Source: an uncultured Pseudomonadota bacterium
GTDB taxonomy: Bacteria; Desulfobacterota; Binatia; Binatales; Binataceae
NCBI GenBank assembly: GCA_963805995.1
Contig: CAWDWL010000041.1
Location: 12,769 to 76,768, forward strand
Reading direction: 5' to 3'
Length of the DNA stretch: 64,000 bases
Shown here: in pieces, positions 1 to 10,396 of the stretch
Layout: each line of letters starts with the position of its first letter
How positions within the stretch are numbered: the first letter of the stretch is position 1
The notes under the pieces: generated by a model
Told to the model about the DNA's origin: nothing
Database searches by the model: none
What the model saw: the letters and a program-made list of their open reading frames with translations, nothing else
Translations under genes and position numbers: made by a program

Positions 1-1001
1 TATTCGATTTCGGGCGCCATCGCGGTCTGGTCAATCAGCGTAGCTTCGAGGCGGCGGCGGCGCTGGCCCAGGAACAGATGGTCGATCTCGATCTTGTTTT
101 CGAGGTATCGCAGAGTTATTTCAACCTGCTTGCGGCTCAGCAAATGGTCCGGGTCTATGAAAAGGCCGTCGAGCAGCGGCGGGTCCACCTGCATGAGGCC
201 GAGGTGCGGACGAAAGCCGCCTTGCGGCCGGAACTGGATGTATTCGTGACCCGGGCGGAATTGGAGCGCGCCCAACTCAACCTGGTGCGGGCGCGCAACG
301 CCACCTCCGACGCCAAGGTTCAACTCGACAATTCCATGGGTTTAAGCGATCAGGACACCTCATATACGCCGGCAGATGTGCTCACCTCCGGCAAGGCATC
401 CGACAGCATGAAAGATCTGGTCGCGGAGGGTCTGCGTCTGCGGCCTGACCTCATAGTGCTGAAGAATGAAGCGCACGCGATGGGCGCGCAAATAGCGGAG
501 TACCGCAGCGACTATTTTCCCGAGGCGGACGCCATGGGAGGGTATAACGCGATGGGCACCGGCCTTCCCGCGGCTAATAATTTCAACGTCGGACTGGTGA
601 TCACCTGGCCCATTTTCAACGGCTTTCTCACCACCCATCAGGTCGAAGAGGCGCGCCTTAATCAGCAGGCGATCGAGAACGCCACCAAGGACTTGCAACA
701 GCGGGTAATTCTTCAGGTCAAAACCGCCTTTCTCAACTGGGAGTCTTCGCGCCAGGAGATTCAGCGCGCCAGGGGCGCACTGGAGGCGTCACAAGTGGAA
801 TTGGAACTTGCGGAGAAGCGGTACGATGCCGGCCTGACCAGCATCGTCGAACTCGAGGACGCCCAGCGGCATTACACTTTCGACGACGCCGAGTACGCCA
901 ATGCGCTTTACGGCTACTCGCTCACCAGGGCTGCCGTCGACCACGCCACCGGCAGGTTGCTCTCGTACGTGCACGGCATCCACACCGTTGCCGGCAACTG
1001 A
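1..1001 (+). CDS. TolC-family outer membrane efflux protein, C-terminal part (5' end lies outside the window)
   Basis: The reading frame is open from base 3. The translation is rich in long Ala/Gln/Glu/Arg helices (YFNLLAAQQMVRVYEKAVEQRR..., ELELAEKRYDAGLTSIVELEDAQRHY), typical of the duplicated TolC/OMF repeat. Confidence 0.75.
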   Translation, partial: FDFGRHRGLVNQRSFEAAAALAQEQMVDLDLVFEVSQSYFNLLAAQQMVRVYEKAVEQRRVHLHEAEVRTKAALRPELDVFVTRAELERAQLNLVRARNATSDAKVQLDNSMGLSDQDTSYTPADVLTSGKASDSMKDLVAEGLRLRPDLIVLKNEAHAMGAQIAEYRSDYFPEADAMGGYNAMGTGLPAANNFNVGLVITWPIFNGFLTTHQVEEARLNQQAIENATKDLQQRVILQVKTAFLNWESSRQEIQRARGALEASQVELELAEKRYDAGLTSIVELEDAQRHYTFDDAEYANALYGYSLTRAAVDHATGRLLSYVHGIHTVAGN

Positions 1002-1059
1002 TTAGCCGCGAAACGAAAATAGCTGTAAGGGCCACAACCGTATGCGCGCACAGGCTCTT

Positions 1060-1097
1060 TTCTCACCCTTTCCTCGTCCGAGGAGAGGGTGAGGGAG
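1060..1097. repeat. REP-like hairpin of the CCCTCACCCT/CCCTCTCC family
   Basis: tctcaccctttcctcg-tcc-gaggagagggtgaggga forms an imperfect palindrome. The motif recurs at 18942, 23565 and 29579. Confidence 0.5.
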
Positions 1098-1194
1098 AGC
1101 TTACACGTCCCGATCCAAGGCACACGTTTCGCCCTCCGCCCCCAGCGGTTCGCGCTAGATCTGCCAAGAATTATTGTCGCTCCGGGATTGGTTA

Positions 1195-2392
1195 TCAGCC
1201 CTTGGGCAGCTTCAGGACGCGCTCGCCGATGATGTTATGCTGAATTTCGCTGGAGCCCGCCGCGATGGTCATCCCGCGCGCGGTCAGGAAGCGGCCCAAC
1301 CAGCGCCCGCTTTCGACTGCGCCCAGCGAACCGGACCGGAGTTGATGGAACGGTCCCATCATCTCATCGGCAAACATCTGGACCCGCAGGTTAAGTTCCG
1401 TGGCATGCAGCTTGCCGTAGGAGGTCTCGGGTCCCGGGACGCGCTTTTTAAGCAGATTGGTAAGGCCGCGGTAACGGATAAGCCGCAGAGCATTCCGCTT
1501 CGATCGCGAACTGCGCCAGCTTCTGCCGCACGTAGGGATGCTGGTACGCGGTGACGCCCTCAAACTGAACGTGCCTGGATAGTTCAATCAGGTCCTCGAC
1601 CGATTTCTGCACCGGATGACGGGTGCCGCCCGAGGCGCGCTCGTACATCAGGGTCGCGATCGAAACCTGCCAGCCTTTGTTGACCTCGCCCACCAGGTTC
1701 TTAAGCGGCACCTTGACGTTGTCATAGAAGACCTCGTTGAATTCCGAACCGCCGGTCATCTGGCGCAGCGGACGCACGGTGACACCGGGGCTCTGCATGT
1801 CGACCAGCAGGTAAGAGATACCCATATGCTTGGGCGCCTTGGGGTCGGTGCGCACCAGCAGCACCTGCATGTGGGCGCGCTGGGCCATGCTGGTCCAGGT
1901 CTTCTGTCCATTGACCACGAAGTAATCGCCCTGAATCTCGGCGCGGGTCTGCAGCCCGGCGAGGTCCGAGCCGGCGTTGGGTTCGGAGTATCCCTGGCAC
2001 CAGATCTCTTCGGCGTTAAGCATCTTGGGCAGGTAGCGTTTACGCTGCTCGTCGGTGCCCAGGAAGATCAGCGTCGGACCGATGCGATCGATCGCCAGCG
2101 TGTTGGCGCCGTATATCGGGAGGCCCAGCCGCAGCGCCTCGTCCTGATAAATGGCCTGTTCGACGACGCTGGCGCCGCCGCCGCCCCATTCCTTGGGCCA
2201 GTGCATCGCGACATAACCGGCGTCGCAAAGCCGCCGATGGTATTGAAGCAGGCGGTTCCAGCGGTCGTCGCTGTCGGTGCCCGCGTTGAGGTCGTCGCTA
2301 CGGCCGAATACTTCCGCCTTGGTGCGCTCCAGGAACGAACGCAGCGTATGGCGGAATTGTTCCTGCTCGGGTGTGTAATTGAAGTCCATCAA
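1195..2392 (-). pseudogene. Acyl-CoA dehydrogenase, split by a frameshift as assembled
   Basis: ORF 1448..2392 encodes the N-terminal and middle ACAD domains (EIWCQGYSEPNAGSDLAGLQTRA...). ORF 1195..1587 carries the C-terminal signature (TIAAGSSEIQHNIIGERVLKLPKG). The frames join as ...FAIEAE|ALRLIRYRGL... if one base near 1492 is removed. Confidence 0.85.
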
Positions 2393-2589
2393 CCGGCCTC
2401 GCTCAGCTCAGGCCCCAGCGCCTTGGCGGCAAGCGCTGATTGCCCGACGCCAATCGCCGGAGCGATTTCTGAGCAGAGAGTAGTAGGGCACTGCTGCGCA
2501 TGCAAATGGGGCAGCGCGGGCGATGGTTTTGAAATTTAATCTTAACACGATATGAACTTGGTCAAACCGCTGAAGCGATAGGAGAGAAA

Positions 2590-3582
2590 ATGCGCGCTGC
2601 AGTTTGTCCCGCGGTTAAAGGCAAATGGGAGGTCCGCGAAGTGCCGACTCCGGAGCCCGGGCCCGGCCAGGTGCTGATTCGGGTTTACGCCAGCGGACTG
2701 TGTTACACGGACATCCACGAAACCCACGGCGATATGCCGATGGGGTTAGAGCCACCGTGCATTTTCGGACACGAAGGAGCGGGCGAAGTCGTGGCCGTGG
2801 GAGCCGGAGTGACGGCGCGCAAGGCGGGCGATCGGGTCGGCGTGGTCTACTTTTTCGGCAGTTGCGGACGCTGCGAATGGTGTCTGCGCGACAAGGGATT
2901 TTTTTGCCGCGAGTTTGTCGGGACCGGCGCTCACATCCAGGGTGCGCACGCCCAATTCATGGTCGCTCCCGCCGCTTCCACCATGATCATTCCGGACAAC
3001 GTCAGCTACGAGCAGGCGGCGCCGCTCTTCTGCGCCGGCTACACGGTGTGGTGCGGGATTCGGATAGCCGAGGCCAAGCCGCATGAAACCGTCGCCGTGG
3101 TTGGGATCGGCGGCCTGGGCCACCTCGCGATCCAATACGCCAAGGCGGCCGGCTTCCCCACTATCGCGGTGACCCATTCGCCCGACAAGATTGAGATGGC
3201 CGAAGAGTTGGGCGCGGATCAGGTGGTCGCCGACGGCCGTGCGCTGAAGAAGGCCGGCGGCGCGGATGTGATTTTACTCACCACCAACTCTTTTGCGGCG
3301 TGCGGCGACGCGCTTAAGGGTATCCGGCCTGACGGCCGCGCGGTCTCGATGGGCTTTGACGCGACGGGTCCCATTCCGGTAACCGCGGAGTTCCTCTACC
3401 GTCGCGGCCGCCTGATCGGCTCGGTGCACAACGGACCAGAGTATCTCTATGAGGCGCTTGACTATGCGGCGCAAGGCAAAGTGAAGGTGATGACCGAGCT
3501 CTATCCGCTGGCGGAAGCGGCGCGGGCGTTTGAGCGGGTGGAGAGCGGCGCCGTACGCTTCAGAGCCGTACTAAAGCCGTAG
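2590..3582 (+). CDS. Zinc-dependent alcohol dehydrogenase (MDR superfamily)
   Basis: Contains GLCYTDIH and GHEGAGEVVAVG zinc-site motifs, a structural-zinc Cys cluster (CGRCEWC) and a GIGGLGH Rossmann motif. An aggaga RBS precedes the ATG. Confidence 0.85.
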   Translation: MRAAVCPAVKGKWEVREVPTPEPGPGQVLIRVYASGLCYTDIHETHGDMPMGLEPPCIFGHEGAGEVVAVGAGVTARKAGDRVGVVYFFGSCGRCEWCLRDKGFFCREFVGTGAHIQGAHAQFMVAPAASTMIIPDNVSYEQAAPLFCAGYTVWCGIRIAEAKPHETVAVVGIGGLGHLAIQYAKAAGFPTIAVTHSPDKIEMAEELGADQVVADGRALKKAGGADVILLTTNSFAACGDALKGIRPDGRAVSMGFDATGPIPVTAEFLYRRGRLIGSVHNGPEYLYEALDYAAQGKVKVMTELYPLAEAARAFERVESGAVRFRAVLKP

Positions 3583-3611
3583 GGCTGTACCGGAACCAGC
3601 GCGTATCGACT

Positions 3612-4542
3612 TTAGCGTCCGGCCAGAATGGATTTCATCTGTGGCAACGCGGAAACCCGCGCCGTGAGTTCCCGGGCTTGTTCATTGGAAAGCGGGCGAT
3701 TGGGCGGCAGGATATTGTTCCATCCGGGATTGCCGCTGATCGCGCTCATCAGATGCTTGAGTGCGGCCGGAATCGGATAGGTTTGCAGCGCGATGCGGAC
3801 GTCATCCAATTCCTTTTGCGCCGGTTGCGCATCCTGACCCGCACGCCATGCCACGATAGACCGCCTGGGCGAGCGGTCCCGAAACGTTGACGTTCGCGGA
3901 AATGCAACCCGCGCCGCCGGCGTGCAGATTGGTCAGCAGATGCTCTTCATTGCCGGAAAAGATCTCCAAGCCTGGAAACTCATTGAGCAACCGCGCCGAG
4001 TAAGCCCAATCACCCGAACTGTCTTTGAGGCCCGCAATCGTCGATGGATATTCCGCCGTCAGGCGTCCGATCAGTGCGGGCGTGATCGGCACGGTCGAGA
4101 GCTGCGGATAATGGTAGAGATACAGTCTCAGGCGCGCATCGCCGACATGTGCAATGAGCTCGGAATAAAATGCGAACAGCCCGTCTTCCGAAGGGTCCTT
4201 GTAATAAAACGGCGGCAGCACCAGAACGCCGGCGGCGTTTGCCGCAACCGCGGCGCGGGTTACTTCAACCGCGTCGGCCAGCGCGCAAGAGCCGGTCCCG
4301 ACGATGAAGCGAGCGGTGGGAATCGCCGACTGCGCGCAGGCATCTATCAACAGCACACGTTGCCTGACGGACAAGGAGTTCCCCTCTCCGGTGGTGCCCA
4401 GCGGGACCAGCCCGTCGCAACCGTGGTCTAGCAGCCAGCGGCAGTGCGCGATAAAAAGCGCGGTATCGGGTTCGAGCGTCCGCGTCAGCGGGGTCAGGAC
4501 CGCCGCAAAAACACCGTGCGGAGGGGATGAGGCTGCGTCCAT
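3612..4542 (-). pseudogene. DapA/DHDPS-family pyruvate-dependent aldolase, split by a frameshift as assembled
   Basis: ORF 3802..4542 has the family N-terminus (VLTPLT...GCDGLVPLGTTGEGNSLS...). The last ~75 codons continue in ORF 3612..3854. The junction is consistent with one extra base near 3852. Confidence 0.7.
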
Positions 4543-4664
4543 AAAACCTGTTTATCTGTGGGAACCGGCTCGCACAATGCCGGCGGTTCAGTAGCGGTTT
4601 CGTCGTGCTTTTGGGTCAATCTTCCTGGCCCTGGTGTTATTGATTGCGCTGATAACCGCCTGCC

Positions 4665-5799
4665 TTACAAACTCATCCGGTACAGTTCATTCGCGTTGTC
4701 GAAGACGATCTTGCGCGTGACGTGCTCCGGGACGCCCTGGAAGCTCGCGTCGATTACCGCGAGCGAATGCGGCCAAGTGGAATCGGTATGCGGAAAATCG
4801 GAGGCCCACATGAAGTTGTTTTCGCCGAAAATCTGGTAGAGCGCTGGCCCGGTATGATCGTCCTGGAAGGTGGCCCAGAGCTGGCGCCGCACGTAGTCGC
4901 TGGGCTTCATCTTTAGCGGCTGCGCCTCATGCGAAAAAGCCCCAAACTTTTCGAACACGTGATCGAGCCGGTACATGAAATGCGCCAGCCATCCGGTGTC
5001 GTTCTCGGCCGACACGATCTTGAGCCGCGGGAAGCGTTCCAGCACGCCGCTTTGGATGATGTCCGCGAGCGAGTCCTGGATTTCGTGAATGCCGCGCACA
5101 TAGGCGCGTGAGAACTTAATGTACTCGGAGACGCGCGGATCCCTCGGCGCGGGGCTGCGGGTCCTGATTGCCCCGTGTAAACACATGCAGCGACAGCGGC
5201 ATTTCCAGATCCTGCGCCGCGGCCCAGAACGGGTCGTATTCATGGCTCAGATAGGACCGCTGCGCTGGAGCCGCGCCGTAGATCATGCCCCCTTTGAGCC
5301 CCGCGCGGAAGCATCGTTCCAGTTCCTCGCGGCCGGCACCGATATCCGCCAATGAGATCAGCGCCACGCCATGCAGACGCCTTCGATCGTAGGCGCAGAA
5401 CTCCGCCAACCAGTCGTTATAGACCCTGAAGCAGGCTCGCTGGAGGTCTGCGTCGGCCAACCCGAACAGCGACATCCCGAGCGTGGTGTAGAGCACCTCT
5501 GCTTCAATGCCATCGATGTCCTGGTCCTTGAGGCGTTCCGCCGGGTCCCATCCGCTGGGCCGCGCCGCCTCATAACCGTGATTCCTGAAGTGCTCGCCCA
5601 GTTCCTTGCCGCCGCGGCCCAGGCCAAAGCCGCCCGCGACGGGAAACGGCTGCACGCCGGGAGCGGTGAAGAGATAGCCGTGGCCGGTTCTGACCACGTG
5701 GGGCGCGCGGTCGCTGAACTTGCCGTCCAGCCGCTGCGTCCACAGTTCCGCCGGCTCCATCATGTGCGAATCAGCCGAGATCACACGCAATCGTGCCAT
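4665..5799 (-). pseudogene. Amidohydrolase-2 family protein (ACMSD/LigW-like decarboxylase/hydrolase), split by a frameshift as assembled
   Basis: The N-terminal ORF 5116..5799 starts MARLRVISADSHMMEP (metal-binding DxH motif). The C-terminal ORF 4665..5243 ends ...MWASDFPHTDSTWPHS.... The frames join near 5141. A gggagg RBS precedes 5799. Confidence 0.8.
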
Positions 5800-5838
5800 G
5801 GATTTCGCCTCCCGGGTTGCTTTAGGCGGAGTCTTGAA

Positions 5839-6606
5839 TCAACTTCCGGCGATTACCGGATTGCGCAGGCAGCCGATCCCTTCGATCTCTACCTCAACCA
5901 TGTCACCCGGCTTTAAAGGACCCACGCCCGGCGCCCCGGTCGAAATAACGTCGCCGGGCAAAAGCGTCATGATGTGCGAGATCCAACTGACCAGAAAATC
6001 GGGTGAGTATATTAGATCGTCGGTGCGCGCCTTGACGCGCACTTCGCCATTGACGCGGCATTCCGTGTCGAGGTTGGAGGGATCGATATCCGTCGCGATT
6101 ACCGGACCAAACGGTGCGAAAGTGTCGAACGATTTGGCATGAAACATCATAGGCGTGCCCACGGTCTTGCGCAGCTCGCCAGCGGTGACATCGTTCACGC
6201 AGGTATAGCCCAAAATATAGTCGGACGCGCGTTCGCGTTTGACGCGCCGGGCCAAGCGGCCAATCACGATGCCAATTTCGCCCTCGTGATTGATGTAGGT
6301 AAGTTCGGGCGGAAAGATGATCGGATCGCCGGGATTGTTCACGGCGGTTGAAGGCTTGAAGAACAGGGTCGGCCTTTCAGGCGGCTGCGCCCCGGCGGCC
6401 AAAACCCGGCGCCGGCCCGGACCAATCGCGATCACCTTGCTCGCCGCGGTGGGGCTCAGCAGCTTGACCGACGCCAGCGGGATCGATTTGGCGCCCGGTG
6501 CAGGCCTAAGCGCGTGAAGTTCGCCTTCCAGCGGTTGGATCTGGTCGTCGCCTTGAAGCGATCCATGTTGGACGCGATCATTGCGGACAAAACGTACCAA
6601 CTTCAT
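5839..6606 (-). CDS. Fumarylacetoacetate hydrolase (FAH) family protein
   Basis: The C-terminal FAH domain is recognisable (HEGEIGIVIG..., SFDTFAPFGP, LLPGDVISTGAPGVGPLKPGD). A gaggag RBS is present. Confidence 0.85.
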   Translation of the reverse strand: MKLVRFVRNDRVQHGSLQGDDQIQPLEGELHALRPAPGAKSIPLASVKLLSPTAASKVIAIGPGRRRVLAAGAQPPERPTLFFKPSTAVNNPGDPIIFPPELTYINHEGEIGIVIGRLARRVKRERASDYILGYTCVNDVTAGELRKTVGTPMMFHAKSFDTFAPFGPVIATDIDPSNLDTECRVNGEVRVKARTDDLIYSPDFLVSWISHIMTLLPGDVISTGAPGVGPLKPGDMVEVEIEGIGCLRNPVIAGS

Positions 6607-6897
6607 CTTATGACTCCTCTGGCTCGGTAAGGCCGGGTGATCGAACCGGCGGAGCGCGTTCTTAAGTCCGTTGCGGTCCGACCGCGGCCGGTTACTGGTC
6701 GCGGAAGAACATATTGTTTCTCGATGGCGCGCGGTCGCAGCCGGTCAGAACGTTAGAGCACTGGCAAGGTAAAGTCCAACCACCAAAACTGATTACAAAT
6801 TCCACCTCGGTTGGGGAATTTCGGTGGGCGCGGTCAGGTGTGGATACGGTTCGCAAGCCGCCGCTGGCAGGGCGCGGCCGGTTGGAAAAAAGGGAGT

Positions 6898-7689
6898 TCA
6901 GGCAGCAGCGGCGTGTTTCTTCAGCGCGACCTTCATCTCGTCGCGGCTGATATCCAGCGTGCTAAAGAGCGGCCACACCACCCGTTCGAGAAAGAGGCGA
7001 GCGCTGATCCCGGCCCCTGAGTTCTGGAGCCGCTGCCGATAATTCGGGATTAAACCGTCGCCGGGCATTTTGAAATTCGCAAGGACATAGGCCAGATCGG
7101 TGATCGTCTCGGCCCGGTCGTCCTGGAGTTCCAACTGGATCATGGCGCGGTAGAAGCCGGCATGCGCAGCCTCGTCTCTGCCGACCAAAAAGAAAATAGC
7201 CTCAAGCACTTCGTCACCGAGTCCACGAGCTTTGGTTCTTTGCAAGTTGTAAGCGGTGAAAGTCGCGCCTTCCTGGAGCGCGCCGTAGCAGGCCATTTGC
7301 CGGGACGTTTGAAACGGCAGTTGCCATCGCTTGGCGAAGGTCGTGCTCTCCAAAACCGCGATCTCCGCTTCCGAACGCAGTCCCGAACGGGTCAGGTATT
7401 CCCGAAAGGCCAATCCATGTTTGGATTCTTCAAAGGCCCAGGAAGTCTGGAACCACGCCATCCCAAACATCGAGCGCGACATCTCAAGTCCCCGGGAACT
7501 ATAATCCGGGACGTAGAGTTCCTCGGTGCAAAAGATCTCCACGGATTGTCCGACTGCTTCGGTGGCTTTGTCGTGATCCAGTTTGTCCCAGGGAACGTCA
7601 TTAAAGATGTTCCAGTGTCGTTTGTTTTCCGCGGTTTCAAGGAAATCGAGATAGGCCCGATATACCTGGTCACGCCTGGTTGAACGCAT
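6898..7689 (-). CDS. Soluble di-iron acyl-ACP desaturase-like protein
   Basis: Di-iron ExxH-type motifs are present (WAFEESKHG, GRDEAAHAGFY), resembling DesA1/DesA2-like acyl-ACP desaturases. The start is chosen at the second Met (7689), which has an upstream aagggg. Confidence 0.7.
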   Translation of the reverse strand: MRSTRRDQVYRAYLDFLETAENKRHWNIFNDVPWDKLDHDKATEAVGQSVEIFCTEELYVPDYSSRGLEMSRSMFGMAWFQTSWAFEESKHGLAFREYLTRSGLRSEAEIAVLESTTFAKRWQLPFQTSRQMACYGALQEGATFTAYNLQRTKARGLGDEVLEAIFFLVGRDEAAHAGFYRAMIQLELQDDRAETITDLAYVLANFKMPGDGLIPNYRQRLQNSGAGISARLFLERVVWPLFSTLDISRDEMKVALKKHAAAA

Positions 7690-7908
7690 AAATGAACCCC
7701 TTGCCTTTTGCCGAACTGGCCCGCCACCCAATCTGAGCAACTCTTTTTAGTTGCAATTTGCAGACATAAACACTCTAGCAGGTTTGCCGGAAAAAAGCAC
7801 TTGAGGCCGGCTCCGATCTAAGCAATCAGCCGTCCTAAGACGTTTACCTATGCAAACGTCACCGGCCTGGTCAAGTGTTCCGCGAGCTTTTCCCCACCCT
7901 GCCAGTCA

Positions 7909-8850
7909 TCAGACCGAACCCAAGTGTTGTGAATGCCGTACGTCGCTGACCAGACCTACTTTTTCGAGCATACAAATGACGACATAGCCGACGTCCGGTT
8001 GCTTCCAGGTCCGTCCCAATCGGGCCGAGGCAGGGCGTGCGTGGTGATTGCGATGCCAGTTCTCGCCTTGAAAAAATTGCATGAAACCCAGCCAGCGCAC
8101 GTTACAGCTGGAGTCCTCACCGACCGGCGTACCCGGCTCACTATGACAGATGCTGTTTACAAAGCACTGGGCATGAAGCGAGAAGACCAGCCGGATTGCG
8201 CCGAGCCAGAAGAAGGCGGCCAAGCCGAAATACAATCCGCCAAAAAATGACAGCGCAAGGATGAACGGTTGCAAGGGCTTCCACATACGGTATTGGAGGC
8301 GGCCAAGATCGGGGCAGTAGCGCTCGACCGAAGGCGGCGCCTGTTGCCATAACCAGCGCAGATGAGCCCACCAGAAGCCATGCCGCACCGGGCTTGAGAC
8401 GTCGTTTTCGGTATCGGCGTATGCATGGTGGATGCGATGGCTCGCAACCCAGGTTCTGGGGTTTCCGGAGCCGTTTAACACGGCGAAGAAAGTGAGTATC
8501 GCGCTCACCCATGGATGCAGCCGAAGGGCGCGATGGGCCAGGGAGCGGTGATAGACTACCGTGGTGCCGATTCCGCCGATCCAACTCAGCGCGAGGCTGC
8601 CCAGGAAGATGGGCCAGCCCGGCAGCGGAAACAGGATCAGTCCTACCACCGCAGTCAGGTGAATCAGGAGTATGTATGGCAGCACCATCGAGTCCTGCCG
8701 GTTGCTACGCCACCATGGCCACTCCCACCTCTTAGTCGGGAACTCGGGGCCCACGGATAGATCGATCGCCAACTGCTCGCCTTTAACCAATCGGAAATCC
8801 TTTTTTGTATGTTCGGGAAGCGTGGAAACGCGCTGTGCTCTGCATGGCAT
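7909..8850 (-). CDS. Membrane fatty-acid (acyl-CoA/acyl-lipid delta-9-type) desaturase
   Basis: Three histidine boxes are present (HRSLAH, HRIHHAYADT, NWHRNHHARP) together with hydrophobic membrane segments. Confidence 0.85.
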   Translation of the reverse strand: MPCRAQRVSTLPEHTKKDFRLVKGEQLAIDLSVGPEFPTKRWEWPWWRSNRQDSMVLPYILLIHLTAVVGLILFPLPGWPIFLGSLALSWIGGIGTTVVYHRSLAHRALRLHPWVSAILTFFAVLNGSGNPRTWVASHRIHHAYADTENDVSSPVRHGFWWAHLRWLWQQAPPSVERYCPDLGRLQYRMWKPLQPFILALSFFGGLYFGLAAFFWLGAIRLVFSLHAQCFVNSICHSEPGTPVGEDSSCNVRWLGFMQFFQGENWHRNHHARPASARLGRTWKQPDVGYVVICMLEKVGLVSDVRHSQHLGSV

Positions 8851-9423
8851 AATACGAGCACAGATCGGTGAAGTGAAGATGGTTTTGTTCTGTGCGGAAC
8901 AATTTAGCCCTTCGGGCGGAATTCGTCCAACCCCCCGGGTTCATCGGTGCCGAAGACATCAGCTTCTGACCTGGTCTCCTGACCGCCTGCAATAATTTGC
9001 AGTTGGCTGCAACGCTCGAAGTGCGACGGGAAACGCCTGATATGGCAATCGGCCGGCCTCATCGATGATGACGGCGATGCTATTTTTCAGGTTAACGATC
9101 CTGGGATACATTATTCAGTCAGAGCCCATAGAATTCGGATTGGATGAGGTTCGGGGTTGATTTGCGGTTCGGATATTAGAGGGCAAGCGCAAGGGAACAC
9201 AACAACTGCTCTTTTTCAGAGCCAGTGGATTCAAGTTGGGCGGTGAGGCCGAACGAAAGGTTCTGAGGTGAGTTTTTCCGTCGCGTGAATCCGCGCGCTT
9301 GGGCCTATTATTGGCCTGTGGCCGAGTATATTCGCTGCGGACATCCCTATCAAGTGGCGGCCCGGTTAATCTGTCATAAAGGCGAAGTAAAGCATTTCCA
9401 AATCGTTGGTTCCTGGATTTAGA

Positions 9424-9450
9424 TCAAGAAATCCCCCTGACAAGGGGACC
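9424..9450 (-). terminator. Putative intrinsic terminator downstream of ORF 9456..9788
   Basis: On the minus strand, gguccccuugucagggggauuucuu forms a GC stem followed by a U-rich tail. Confidence 0.4.
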
Positions 9451-9455
9451 GCCTG

Positions 9456-9788
9456 TCACGCGACCAGCTTCCGGACGCTCCGGGGCTTCGAACTGCGTCC
9501 GTAAGCTATTTCGTCATTGGCTTGGATAGCCGTTTGCGGTCTTCGTCGTCGCTCGGCGTTGAACAGCCGGGGACATTGTTCGGCAAGCCATCGATCACTG
9601 ACCGCTCCTTCTAGTGCCCGTCCGTCACCGTCGGTTGCCCAAGCCGAATGATCTTGAAGGGTGAAAGAGCAGAACCTGCGACCGCAATAACGGCAGGTGT
9701 AAGCCAGTCTCGATCCGCGAGCAGCGGACCAGTCGAGCATTTTCACCTTAAAATCATGGGTGTTCCAAGGCATTTTCGTCGGTGGCAT
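9456..9788 (-). CDS. Hypothetical small Cys-containing protein
   Basis: 110-aa ORF with an ATG start, lying 37 nt downstream of the RRM gene on the same strand. It contains CRYCGRRFC. No family was recognised. Confidence 0.3.
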   Translation of the reverse strand: MPPTKMPWNTHDFKVKMLDWSAARGSRLAYTCRYCGRRFCSFTLQDHSAWATDGDGRALEGAVSDRWLAEQCPRLFNAERRRRPQTAIQANDEIAYGRSSKPRSVRKLVA

Positions 9789-9825
9789 CAGGAATTTCCG
9801 CTACCGTTCCGAGATCCCTGATCGA

Positions 9826-10098
9826 TTACGCCCGATTTCGCGCCTTGCCGTTTCTCAGCGATGGATCCGGTTCGAGTCTGATTTTCTGTCCCTTCAATTC
9901 GCTATTGTTCAACAGACTGAACGCAACCGCGACGTCGGATGACTCAGCCATCTCAACCACACCGAATCCGCGGCACGTTCCTGAAGCCTTGTCAGTAACC
10001 GCCAGCGCACCCACAACTTCTCCCGCGCGCGCGAAATGCAACTGCAGGTCGCGACTGGTGACCGAACTGGCGAGATTGCCGACATACACCTTGGGCAT
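9826..10098 (-). CDS. RRM-type RNA-binding protein
   Basis: MPKVYVGNL (RNP2) and RGFGVVEM (RNP1) motifs are present. A gggagg RBS lies upstream of the Met at 10098. Confidence 0.85.
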   Translation of the reverse strand: MPKVYVGNLASSVTSRDLQLHFARAGEVVGALAVTDKASGTCRGFGVVEMAESSDVAVAFSLLNNSELKGQKIRLEPDPSLRNGKARNRA

Positions 10099-10396
10099 TA
10101 ACCAGCCTCCCGTTTTTTCCAAGCAGTTCGGACCGTCCCGGCAGGCAACCGAAAATCATCCAGGATGGGGCTTGTCCGAAGGGCGAGTAATATCAATCTT
10201 ATACCGATTCCCGGTAAGAAGTATATGGGGTTCCGGCTGCAAGCGCGGACCCCTGATGACTTCAATCCGACTATCATTGGGGGACAAAAAGGAGTAACTT
10301 AAAAAAATCACGCTTGGATGCGTTCCTTTCACCCAGCCCGGGAATAAGCCCGGGTTTTCTGTTTGGAGCGACCGGGCAAAACTCGGAGGGCAATGA

